Of a stretch of 32,000 nt of DNA, positions 8,628 through 16,919 are shown one piece after another. The stretch is from Aeropyrum pernix K1 (GTDB lineage: Archaea; Thermoproteota; Thermoprotei_A; Sulfolobales; Acidilobaceae). The notes beneath the pieces were generated by a model that was given only the letters and a program-made list of their open reading frames with translations, was not told the origin of the DNA and ran no database searches. Location: assembly GCF_000011125.1 (NCBI RefSeq), contig NC_000854.2:1530001-1562000 (forward strand), read 5' to 3'. Numbering within the stretch: position 1 is the first letter of the stretch; each line of letters starts with the position of its first letter. Both the position numbers and the translations under genes were made by a program.

Positions 8628-9089
8628 CTATTTTGATTTCTCAGCTATTCGTTTCCCTCCCTTTTCAATATCTGTTAGCTCGCGGTTAATCCTCTCGAGC
8701 AGCTTCTCCTCGCTCACACTGCCAACCAGGGCATCTACAACCCGCCCCTCTACTATGATTAGCGTTGTTGGTATGTGCTGTACACCGTATCTCTCGGCTA
8801 GGCTGAAAGCCCTATCAACATCTACCCTGCCAAATACTATATCATCCCTGAATAGTCTGCTGGCAATCCTTGTTAGTATGTCCTGCATTAGTATGCACCT
8901 GCCGCACCATTCTGCCGTGAACAGTATTACTGCAACTCTATGCTGCGAGAGCACTTTTGGTAAGTTCTCGTTGTCAATATCTACGAGTATTTGCGAAGAG
9001 CGGCGGCTTATGATATCCCCTATCTTAAGCAGCTCGTCCTTCAACGTCCTAGCAACCTGGTAGAGGCTGCCTGATACTGTTTCCCCCAT
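8628..9089 (-). CDS. thioredoxin-fold protein (active site WCGRC)
   Basis: VILFTAEWCGRCILMQDILTRIASRLF...VFGRVDVDRAFSLAERYGVQHIPTTLIIVEGRVVDALVG. The track start is 9119; internal ATG at 9089 (MGETVSG...) is better placed relative to the TATA-like element. Confidence 0.85.
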   Translation of the reverse strand: MGETVSGSLYQVARTLKDELLKIGDIISRRSSQILVDIDNENLPKVLSQHRVAVILFTAEWCGRCILMQDILTRIASRLFRDDIVFGRVDVDRAFSLAERYGVQHIPTTLIIVEGRVVDALVGSVSEEKLLERINRELTDIEKGGKRIAEKSK

Positions 9090-9128
9090 TCTGTCTGAGC
9101 ACCACACAGGTGATAACACCCCTGGGTA

Positions 9129-9134
9129 TTTAAA
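9129..9134. promoter_or_regulatory. palindromic TATA-like element (TTTAAA) between divergent thioredoxin and THUMP genes
   Basis: GTATTTAAAC at 9126-9135 approximately equidistant (about 43 bp) from ATG 9089 (-) and ATG 9175 (+). Confidence 0.4.
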
Positions 9135-9174
9135 CTTTTCATACTCCCCATTTTGGTTGAGGGAAAATAGGGGA

Positions 9175-9741
9175 ATGTGGTTCAGGGGGAGGCGTCGTTC
9201 GATTTATGAGGCTAACCTGATAGCCTCTTTCCTCCCCTACAGGGAGTATAAGGATGTGGCTGTCGAGGACCTCAGGTACGCCTTGGGGGAGGTCTACATC
9301 ATAGCTACCAGGATGAACGTCATATTCGCGAGAGCCAGTTACGAGGACCCGCTAGAGCTTAGGAGGCGGCTGGAGAGGAGGCTTCCCGAGGATACACCCG
9401 TGTTAAGGGTAATACCCGTAATGAGGATAGTTCCTGCTGAGGTTGAGGATGTTAAGAAAGCCGTCCACAGTCTCCTCGCTACACAAAAGCCTGGCAGCTT
9501 TGCGATAAGGCTGGAGGCAAGGCTTCTGAGGGAGGGGAGGGAGATACCTAGGATGGAGGCTGTAAAGATTATCGCTGAGGGTGTAAACAGGAGTGTAGAC
9601 CTTGGTAGACCCGATATACTGGTGTTGATCAAGCCCTTCAGGCTCAGGGAGGGAAGGCTAGCAGCCATATACGTGGGACCTCCGGACGGCGTGTTCTCGA
9701 GCCTTAAGCGCGGCGGTGAGCGGGTTGGCGGGGAACGTTAG
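9175..9741 (+). CDS. THUMP-domain protein (TAN1/COG1818-like)
   Basis: ALGEVYIIATRMNVIFARASYEDPLELRRRLERRL...IPVMRIVPAEVEDVKKAVHSLLA....GSFAIRLEARLL...EAVKIIAEGVNRSVDLGRPDILVLIKPFR is characteristic of THUMP. The track start is 9157; ATG 9175 is an alternative. Confidence 0.7.
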   Translation: MWFRGRRRSIYEANLIASFLPYREYKDVAVEDLRYALGEVYIIATRMNVIFARASYEDPLELRRRLERRLPEDTPVLRVIPVMRIVPAEVEDVKKAVHSLLATQKPGSFAIRLEARLLREGREIPRMEAVKIIAEGVNRSVDLGRPDILVLIKPFRLREGRLAAIYVGPPDGVFSSLKRGGERVGGER

Positions 9742-11194
9742 GCTCTTCGGCACTGCGGGGATAAGGGGAAGGTACCTCAGGAAGGTAACACCCCTACTGG
9801 CATACCAGGTGGGGCTAGCTCTGGCGGGCTACGTTGGCAGTGGAGGCAGCATAGTCGTTGCCCACGACGTTAGAACCACTAGCCCCCTACTGGCCAGCAT
9901 GGCGGCTTCAGGGGTTATGGCGGGGGGTGTCGACGCGATACTGGTGGGACAAGTACCTTTGCCAGCGGCTTCGTACTCGGTGGTGAGGAGCGGCAGCAAG
10001 TCCGGTATAATGGTGACAGCCAGCCATAATCCTCCCTGGGATAACGGTATAAAGATTGTTGATAGCAGGGGTATGGAGCTTACGAGGAGTGAGGAGGAGG
10101 AGCTAGAGTCTATTATAGAAGATGGTGTCGAGGGGTTTCTTGCCGACTGGAATTCGGTGGGTATACTGAGGATTGAGAAGGAGATGCTCAACTACTACAT
10201 GGAGGATATAGTTGCTAGGACCGCGGTTGACGGGGAGACGAGCCTGTCCATGGCGGTCGACTGCGCAAACGGCGCTGCCAGCGGGGTAACACCGATTGTA
10301 TTAAGGAGCATAGGTGTTAGGAGGGTCTACACCTTCAACTGCCACCCCGACGGCTACTTCCCCGGCAGGCACCCCGAGCCGAGGCCGGACGTACTGGAGC
10401 CGTTTATAAAGTCGTCTTCAATACTGGGAGTGCAGGCTTTCATCGCCCACGACGGCGATGCGGACAGGACCGCCCTGGGGGTTCCAGGGTACGGCTTCGT
10501 GAAGCAGGACCTCGTGATAGCTCTCCTTAGTTGGTGGAAGCTGCGGGAGAGAAAGGGGTCTGTAGTGGTCTCTGTGGACGTAGGTATTGAGGTTGAGGAG
10601 GTTGTCGAAGAGCTGGGTGGTAGGATAGTGAGGAGTAGGCTGGGCAAGATACACGAGAAGCTGCTCCAGGAGGCCAATGCAGTCCTAGCAGCCGAGCCGT
10701 GGAAACTCATAGACCCAGATTGGGGTTTGTGGGTAGATGGCGTGTATCAGGCGGCCCTCCTAGCCCACATATCCCTGGCCACCGGAAAGACTCCGAGGGA
10801 GCTGCTGGATATGCTGCCCTACTATCCCTCAGCCAGGGTCTCATACGTCCTAGGTGGGGAGAACGAGAGGGACAGGCTCTATGAAGACGTTGTAGAGAAG
10901 CTGTCCCATAGCCTAACAGGCAACGCTGTAAGGATTCTACCTATCGATGGGGTGAGGATTGATTACGAGGATAGGTCGTGGCTGCTGTTCAGGAAGAGCG
11001 GGACTGAGCCTAAGCTTAGAGTCTACGCGCAGGCACGAGAGAAAGAGAGGTTGGTAGAACTACTGTCTAGAATACATAGTATGGTGTCTGGTGAAGCGTC
11101 TAGAACGGGCATCAAGCTTGTTTCGAAGGAGGAGCACGTCAGCCTCCCTCCTGGCGGGGCTCGCGGCTTCCGAGGCCGTAGCGCTCTATTATAG
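9716..11194 (+). CDS. phosphoglucomutase/phosphomannomutase family protein
   Basis: Catalytic serine loop GIMVTASHNPPWDNGIKIVD, metal loop AHDGDADRTALG, and C-terminal FRKSGTEPKLRVYAQA. Confidence 0.92.
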   Translation: MSGLAGNVRLFGTAGIRGRYLRKVTPLLAYQVGLALAGYVGSGGSIVVAHDVRTTSPLLASMAASGVMAGGVDAILVGQVPLPAASYSVVRSGSKSGIMVTASHNPPWDNGIKIVDSRGMELTRSEEEELESIIEDGVEGFLADWNSVGILRIEKEMLNYYMEDIVARTAVDGETSLSMAVDCANGAASGVTPIVLRSIGVRRVYTFNCHPDGYFPGRHPEPRPDVLEPFIKSSSILGVQAFIAHDGDADRTALGVPGYGFVKQDLVIALLSWWKLRERKGSVVVSVDVGIEVEEVVEELGGRIVRSRLGKIHEKLLQEANAVLAAEPWKLIDPDWGLWVDGVYQAALLAHISLATGKTPRELLDMLPYYPSARVSYVLGGENERDRLYEDVVEKLSHSLTGNAVRILPIDGVRIDYEDRSWLLFRKSGTEPKLRVYAQAREKERLVELLSRIHSMVSGEASRTGIKLVSKEEHVSLPPGGARGFRGRSALL

Positions 11195-11906
11195 TGTAGA
11201 GTCTCTTAGGGTTTCGGGCGTAGAGTCTTAGCCTAAAGTCTGTTTTCGTGTTAACTTTCCTTATCTCGACGAACTTCCTCCGCTCGTTCAAACTAACCCT
11301 AACACCCTCGGGGAGGGGGAAGGGGATCGCTGTCTTGGATATTAGACCCTTGTATACGATGCCTTTCTCGCTTACCGTGTACTCTGTAGGCATGTTGATA
11401 GTTATCATGGGGCCGGACCTTTTGGATACAACGTACGCGGATACGGTGTTAACCACGAAATACCCCTCAAAATATGCCAGGAAAGCCAGGAAATGGGCTA
11501 GGAGTTCGTTCGATGTAACGTTTGCCGCCACGAATTCGTAGAGCGGGTCTATGAACCTCCAGAAGAGTATGAAGTAGGCCAGGCCTACGATCATAATGAG
11601 ATTCATAGACATTAGAGCCTTAGACTGCTCCTGGAGGTCGCTCGCGAGCCCCTCGTCCTTCATCTGCAGCTCCCTTGCCCCCTTCTCCTCGTAAAGCCGC
11701 CTAGCCGACTCTATATCAGCGGGGCTTGCTTTAACTCCTAGGGGCCCCTTAGACCTCCTTGACATGACTATGCTGAGAACTATAAATAATATTATAATGA
11801 CTGCGAAGGTCTTCCAGCTGCGGCCGAGGATTGAGGCGAGAAGCGAGTAGAGTATAATAAAGGCTTGGCTCATCAGAATCCGATTCCTGTCGAGGTACAT
11901 GCTCAT
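11139..11906 (-). CDS. DUF106/EMC3-TMCO1-like (archaeal YidC-like) membrane protein
   Basis: N-terminal transmembrane segments, a charged coiled region, then LQEQSKALMSMNLIMIVGLAYFILFWRF, consistent with the DUF106 layout. Assignment is by pattern only. Confidence 0.55.
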   Translation of the reverse strand: MSMYLDRNRILMSQAFIILYSLLASILGRSWKTFAVIIILFIVLSIVMSRRSKGPLGVKASPADIESARRLYEEKGARELQMKDEGLASDLQEQSKALMSMNLIMIVGLAYFILFWRFIDPLYEFVAANVTSNELLAHFLAFLAYFEGYFVVNTVSAYVVSKRSGPMITINMPTEYTVSEKGIVYKGLISKTAIPFPLPEGVRVSLNERRKFVEIRKVNTKTDFRLRLYARNPKRLYTIIERYGLGSREPRQEGG

Positions 11907-12021
11907 ACGTGTTTACACCCTTGCCTCTGACCCTCTAAACCCATCTATTAGGCCGCTGAAAGCCGGGATTATTATATGAATTCTCGGCAGCCACCTTAAA
12001 GTTAAGAGTTGGGATATCACT

Positions 12022-13149
12022 ATGCTGTCAGTGAGGGTTGATTATGCTCTCGTCGGCCGGGAATTGGAGGCTAGAGAGGCCGTCTGTCTAGTGTTCGACG
12101 GGAGTGACGGGAGGCTATCGTCAATATCCTCGTCTTCATCATGCCCGGAGTCATCTCCTAAGTTCACGATCGCTGTCCCTCCCTCGGTGAATGCTCATAT
12201 TCACTCCAGCGACGTCCAGTGGCCTGAGGTGGGGAACGATCTCAGCCTTGAAGAGCTTGTGGCTCCTCCCAGGGGCCTTAAACATCTACTCCTACAGCAG
12301 GCGGGTGAGAGGGCGTGTGCGGAGGCGGCCGTGGGCGTCTATAGGGCTCTCGGTAGGATGGTCGTTAGGGCTGCGGCGGACTTCAGGGAGCCCGCGGCTG
12401 GTGGTTGTCTTCCTGTGAGAGAGATCCTGGCGACCCTCGGGGGCCTGTACACCCGTGTAGTGCTCATGGGGAGACCGGGTGATCCTTATGGATTGGAGGG
12501 GTGTGACGGCATTGGTTTGAATAGCCCTCTGGATGTTGATCCTAAGAGGATGCGCTTGCTTAAAAAAAGTGGCATGCGCATCCACGCCCATGTTGCTGAG
12601 ACGAGGGAGATGCGTTTGGAGGGTGATCTAGAGGCGGCTCTTGATATTGGGGTAGACACGGTCATACACGGAACGCATTTGTCGCGGGAGGACCTCGAGC
12701 TCCTCAGGGAGCATGGTGTAACCCTTGTGCTATCGCCTAGAAGCAACATGTGGCATGGCGTCGGCCTCCCACCCGTCGCGGAAGCCTACAGGGTTGGCGT
12801 TAAGATTGCGTTTGGCACGGATAATGCTGCATGGAATATGCTTGACCCCTGGGACGAGGCTAGGCAGGCTATGCTGGTTGCGAGGCTGCAGGGGGTGAAG
12901 GATCCCGGCCTACCCCACTATATATTGAAGGGGCTGCTGTCGTGGGGCTACGAGGCTCTTGGGATGGAGCCTCCAGCCCTTGCTGAAGGTGCTGATATGT
13001 GCAGCGTCGCTTTAATGAGGCTAGAGGGTTATGAGGCTGGATTGTTTAGGAGGAGTTTTAGTAGATACTATACGCTGCTAAAAATAGCTAGGGGGGATCT
13101 CCTACAGCCTGTCTGCACGATCAGCGGCGGGCTGCTAGAGCCTGCCTAG
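12022..13149 (+). CDS. amidohydrolase-superfamily protein (deaminase/chlorohydrolase-like)
   Basis: NAHIHSSD (HxH), MRIHAHVAETREMR, DTVIHGTHLSREDLELLREHGVTLVLSPRSNMWHGVGLPPV, GVKIAFGTDNAAWN. These are the metal-binding His/Asp motifs of the superfamily. Confidence 0.85.
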   Translation: MLSVRVDYALVGRELEAREAVCLVFDGSDGRLSSISSSSSCPESSPKFTIAVPPSVNAHIHSSDVQWPEVGNDLSLEELVAPPRGLKHLLLQQAGERACAEAAVGVYRALGRMVVRAAADFREPAAGGCLPVREILATLGGLYTRVVLMGRPGDPYGLEGCDGIGLNSPLDVDPKRMRLLKKSGMRIHAHVAETREMRLEGDLEAALDIGVDTVIHGTHLSREDLELLREHGVTLVLSPRSNMWHGVGLPPVAEAYRVGVKIAFGTDNAAWNMLDPWDEARQAMLVARLQGVKDPGLPHYILKGLLSWGYEALGMEPPALAEGADMCSVALMRLEGYEAGLFRRSFSRYYTLLKIARGDLLQPVCTISGGLLEPA

Positions 13150-13569
13150 GCCGGCGTCTATTATGCGTTTCAGGTTCATAGTGTCTAGTACGTTGCCAGT
13201 GATTTTGAGCTTTCTCATCATGAATGCTTTCATAGCGTCTGTCTGGCCTTCGAGAATCTCCTTCAGGGTATCGCTTGTGAGGGTTAGGGTGGCTATGGGG
13301 CTGGGATGTCTTCCGTCAGCTATTTTTAGCTCTCCACCGCTTATCTCTATGTAGAATTCGCCGTCGTCTTCAAGGACTATCTGGTAAACCTTATTCCAAG
13401 ACTGTATTTCGGGGAGGCTCTCCTTCGCTTTCCCGAACAGCTCCTCAAACTTCTTTTTGAGGTCCTCAACGCTCGCCAACTCTAGGCACCTATTATTCTT
13501 AAGTTTGAGAATTGTGGGGTAATCATTTACACTGGTTAGGAGGTGTATTAAGATGTATGCATAAAGCAA
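13135..13569 (-). CDS. SCP2 sterol-binding-domain-like protein
   Basis: YQIVLEDDGEFYIEISGGELKIADGRHPSPIATLTLTSDTLKEILEGQTDAMKAFMMRKLKITGNVLDTMNLKRII matches the SCP2 fold signature. Confidence 0.82.
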   Translation of the reverse strand: MLYAYILIHLLTSVNDYPTILKLKNNRCLELASVEDLKKKFEELFGKAKESLPEIQSWNKVYQIVLEDDGEFYIEISGGELKIADGRHPSPIATLTLTSDTLKEILEGQTDAMKAFMMRKLKITGNVLDTMNLKRIIDAGLGRL

Positions 13570-13644
13570 ATATAACCCTTGGTCTGTGGGAGGGGGAATC
13601 TAATAGTTTTCCCGGCATACTCTAATCTGGAGGGGGTATCCGGA

Positions 13645-14352
13645 TTGCCGTCGGCCAGGGATATACTGCAGCAGGGTCTAGACAGGCTAGGGAGCCCTGA
13701 GGACCTCGCCTCGAGGATAGACTCTACGCTACTAAGCCCTAGGGCTACGGAGGAGGACGTTAGGAATCTTGTGAGAGAGGCGTCGGACTACGGGTTTAGA
13801 TGCGCGGTTCTGACTCCAGTGTACACAGTAAAGATTTCTGGGCTGGCTGAGAAGCTTGGTGTGAAGCTATGTAGCGTTATAGGCTTTCCCCTGGGCCAGG
13901 CCCCGCTCGAGGTAAAGCTAGTTGAGGCACAAACTGTTTTAGAGGCTGGGGCTACTGAGCTTGATGTTGTCCCCCATCTCTCACTAGGCCCCGAAGCTGT
14001 TTACAGGGAGGTCTCAGGGATAGTGAAGTTGGCGAAAAGCTATGGAGCCGTTGTGAAAGTAATATTAGAAGCGCCACTCTGGGATGACAAAACGCTCTCC
14101 CTCCTGGTGGACTCGTCGAGGAGGGCGGGGGCGGATATAGTGAAGACAAGCACCGGGGTCTATACAAAGGGTGGTGATCCAGTAACGGTCTTCAGGCTGG
14201 CCAGTCTTGCCAAGCCCCTTGGTATGGGTGTAAAGGCAAGCGGCGGTATAAGGAGTGGCATCGACGCCGTCCTCGCCGTAGGAGCTGGCGCGGATATCAT
14301 AGGGACAAGCAGTGCTGTAAAGGTTTTGGAGAGCTTCAAATCCCTAGTCTAA
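13645..14352 (+). CDS. deoC: deoxyribose-phosphate aldolase
   Basis: LPSARDILQQGLDRLGSPEDLASRIDSTLLSPRATEEDVRNLVREA...LCSVIGFPLGQ, TKVDVVPHL-type and VKTSTGVYTKGGDPVTVFRLA, VKASGGIRS. The track ORF starts at 13579; TTG 13645, preceded by GGAGGGGG, fits the 235-aa family protein. Confidence 0.95.
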   Translation: MPSARDILQQGLDRLGSPEDLASRIDSTLLSPRATEEDVRNLVREASDYGFRCAVLTPVYTVKISGLAEKLGVKLCSVIGFPLGQAPLEVKLVEAQTVLEAGATELDVVPHLSLGPEAVYREVSGIVKLAKSYGAVVKVILEAPLWDDKTLSLLVDSSRRAGADIVKTSTGVYTKGGDPVTVFRLASLAKPLGMGVKASGGIRSGIDAVLAVGAGADIIGTSSAVKVLESFKSLV

Positions 14353-14369
14353 AACTGGCTGGTTCGCTG

Positions 14370-15917
14370 GTGGCCGGGAAAGGTTGTCGGGGGGGACTTC
14401 TTCTGAAGGAGGAAATTAGGGTTGGACTGATCACAAGCAGGTCAGCTAAAGGGTTAATCGAAGGTATATTAAGAGAGTCGGGGCAGGAGGCCGAAGTTAT
14501 AGATCTACCTGTTCATGCTATCGGTATGTTGAGCACGAAAACCATAGCCAAGATACTAAGGTCTAGGAGGGATTTGCTTGAACGTGCTAGATCCGTCGAT
14601 ATACTGGTCATACCCGGCCATGTTAGGGGAGACGCGGCTGTGATATCTAAGGTTGTGGGCAGGCCTGTTTATAAGGGTACTGTTAGCCCCGTCTACATCC
14701 CCGATATAATGAAGATTCTCAGATCGGGTGGAAAGCTGGATACGGAAAAGCCTGCCGAGGAGGTTGTTAAGCTTAGCGACTACACGTCAAAGATAGTTTT
14801 TAGGGAGGCCTTTAGGGTAGGAAGTTTGAGGATACCTCTAAAACCCCCGCCCCTCCTCGTAGTAGCAGAGATACCTCCAACCGTTGCTGAAGACGGCATT
14901 GCCGGTCTAGCGGCTAGGATGGAGAGGGATGGCGCTTCTATGGTAGCCGTAGGAACGGGTTTTGACGATGATCCACAGGTTGTGCATGAAAAGGTTAGGA
15001 CGGCCTTATCAGCCCTCAAGGATTCGCCAGTCATAGCGGAGACTCCGACCCTAGACCACGCGTATTCAGCTCTTAAAGCTGGAGCCTCTGGCGTGATAAT
15101 GCCTGTCGAGACGGCTGTGAGGCTGGCGAGCGAGAAGCCGCTGCCCGGTGATGCGTTTATAATCGTGTCTGGGGAGCAGCCCGAGGAGCTTGCAAAGGCT
15201 GTAGAGAGCTTGAGGACCTCGGGCTACTCTAAAGTAGCTGTAGACCCGAGTCTATCGCCTCCCTTGCTTGGACTATTAGAGAGTATTGAGAGGTTTAGGA
15301 GGGCTTCTAGGCTATTGAATGTCCCCCTGGTATTCTCTGCAGCCAACGTCGCTGAAGAGGTCCAGGCCGACAGCCATGGGGTCCATGCCCTCCTAGCACT
15401 TATGGCTCTGGAGGCGGGAGCCTCCATATACTATGTTGTAGAAGACAGTTACAAGTCCTACCGATCCACAGCAGAGGCGGCTGAGGCTGCTAGATACGCA
15501 TCCGCGGCTAGAACACTATTCTCCCCTAGAATCCCCCTCACGAGGCTATTTGTTGTTAAACAGCCACGCAGGCCGCCTAACCCCGTCGAGCCTCCGGGAG
15601 AGAGGGTTAATGTTGATTATATACCCCCCTCTATGGACAGAACCGGGTATGCCCACATACAGGTGGACCACGAGAGGGGGGTTATAATGCTGACGTTCTA
15701 CCCTGCTGGTGGTGAGCCTGTGACGTTTGAGGGGAGAAAACCCACGAGCCTTCTCAGAGCCCTGACCTCCAGGTTCCCGGTTTCGAGTGAGCACGCTGGG
15801 TATATAGGCTATGAGCTTGCTAAGGCCGAAATAGCGTTGGCACTGGGCAAGACATACGTTCAGGACAGTCCAGTATTGGTCCCAGTGTGGGGTGGCTTAG
15901 ATGAGGAGGGCTGCTAG
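14370..15917 (+). CDS. dihydropteroate-synthase-related protein (archaeal, MJ0107-like)
   Basis: VRVGLITSRSAKGLI...LPVHAIGMLSTKTIAK.....DILVIPGHVRGD..., AARMERDGASMVAVGTGFDD, DSPVIAETPTLDHAYSALKAGASGVIMP. N-terminal flavodoxin-like region plus a TIM-barrel-like region as in the archaeal DHPS-related family. Confidence 0.75.
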   Translation: MAGKGCRGGLLLKEEIRVGLITSRSAKGLIEGILRESGQEAEVIDLPVHAIGMLSTKTIAKILRSRRDLLERARSVDILVIPGHVRGDAAVISKVVGRPVYKGTVSPVYIPDIMKILRSGGKLDTEKPAEEVVKLSDYTSKIVFREAFRVGSLRIPLKPPPLLVVAEIPPTVAEDGIAGLAARMERDGASMVAVGTGFDDDPQVVHEKVRTALSALKDSPVIAETPTLDHAYSALKAGASGVIMPVETAVRLASEKPLPGDAFIIVSGEQPEELAKAVESLRTSGYSKVAVDPSLSPPLLGLLESIERFRRASRLLNVPLVFSAANVAEEVQADSHGVHALLALMALEAGASIYYVVEDSYKSYRSTAEAAEAARYASAARTLFSPRIPLTRLFVVKQPRRPPNPVEPPGERVNVDYIPPSMDRTGYAHIQVDHERGVIMLTFYPAGGEPVTFEGRKPTSLLRALTSRFPVSSEHAGYIGYELAKAEIALALGKTYVQDSPVLVPVWGGLDEEGC

Positions 15918-16875
15918 GGCGTCTGCCCCGGGGAAAGTTATAATCGTTGGAGAACACTTCGTCGTCAGAGGCTCCCTGGCGATAGTGGCGGCCATAGGCA
16001 GAAGGCTCCGCGTCACCGTGAGAAGCGGGGGCAAGGGGATTGTGCTTGAGAGCAGCATGCTAGGCCGCCACAGCGCCCCGCTACCAGGCCAGGGTGCAGC
16101 GGCTAAGGTAAGCCCCGTCCTCGAGCCGTACATAGCAGTGTTGAGAAGTCTGGCTGCAAGGGGCTATAGCGTAGTGCCCCATACAATATTGGTGGAGAGC
16201 GGCATACCCCCTAGGGCAGGTCTCGGTAGCAGCGCCGCCAGCATGGTAGCCTATGCTCTATCATACTCGGCCATGCATGGTGACCCCCTCTCGGCTGAGG
16301 ACCTCTACAGTGTTGCTATGGAGGGCGAGAAGATAGCGCATGGTAAGCCGAGCGGTGTTGACGTAACCATAGCCGTTAGGGGGGGAGTCCTGGCTTACAG
16401 GAGGGGCGAGAACCCGGTGGATATAAGGCCGGGGCTTACAGGTGTCACTCTGCTTGTTGCCGACACGGGTGTCGAGAGGCGTACTAGGGATGTTGTCGAG
16501 CATGTTCTCTCCATTGCGGACGCCTTGGGAGAGGCATCGACCTACATATATAGGGCGGCAGACTTGATAGCGAGAGAAGCCCTCCATGCGATAGAAAAGG
16601 GAGACGCCGAGAGGCTAGGTCTTATAATGAATGCAGCCCAGGGCCTTCTCTCATCTCTTGGGGCGTCGTCACTAGAAATAGAAACACTAGTATATCGGAT
16701 GAGGAGTGCCGGGGCCCTGGGTGCAAAGCTAACGGGAGCTGGATGGGGGGGCTGTGTGATAGGGCTTTTCAAGGAGGGTGAGGTCGAACGGGGGCTAGAG
16801 TCTGTGGTAGAGAGTTCAAGCCAGGCTTTCACCGCGTCAATAGCAGAGGAGGGTGCTAGACTCGAGGAGTTCTAG
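15901..16875 (+). CDS. mvk: mevalonate kinase
   Basis: APGKVIIVGEHFVVRGSLAIVAAIGRRL, ESGIPPRAGLGSSAASMVAYALS, IAHGKPSGVDVTIAVRGGVLAYRRG, GAKLTGAGWGGCVIGL (complete GHMP kinase motif set). Confidence 0.94.
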   Translation: MRRAARASAPGKVIIVGEHFVVRGSLAIVAAIGRRLRVTVRSGGKGIVLESSMLGRHSAPLPGQGAAAKVSPVLEPYIAVLRSLAARGYSVVPHTILVESGIPPRAGLGSSAASMVAYALSYSAMHGDPLSAEDLYSVAMEGEKIAHGKPSGVDVTIAVRGGVLAYRRGENPVDIRPGLTGVTLLVADTGVERRTRDVVEHVLSIADALGEASTYIYRAADLIAREALHAIEKGDAERLGLIMNAAQGLLSSLGASSLEIETLVYRMRSAGALGAKLTGAGWGGCVIGLFKEGEVERGLESVVESSSQAFTASIAEEGARLEEF

Positions 16876-16919
16876 AGATTTATGTATCATTTGTCATTGG
16901 CTTAAGTGGGGCTTTAGAT

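Noticed and set aside
12292-12749. Minus-strand ORFs 12292-12591 and 12486-12749
   Set aside because: Antisense to the amidohydrolase with clear metal-binding motifs; no domain of their own.
13579-13644. N-terminal extension of DeoC
   Set aside because: The family N-terminus and a GGAGGGGG site support TTG 13645; the extra 22 residues look like translated leader.
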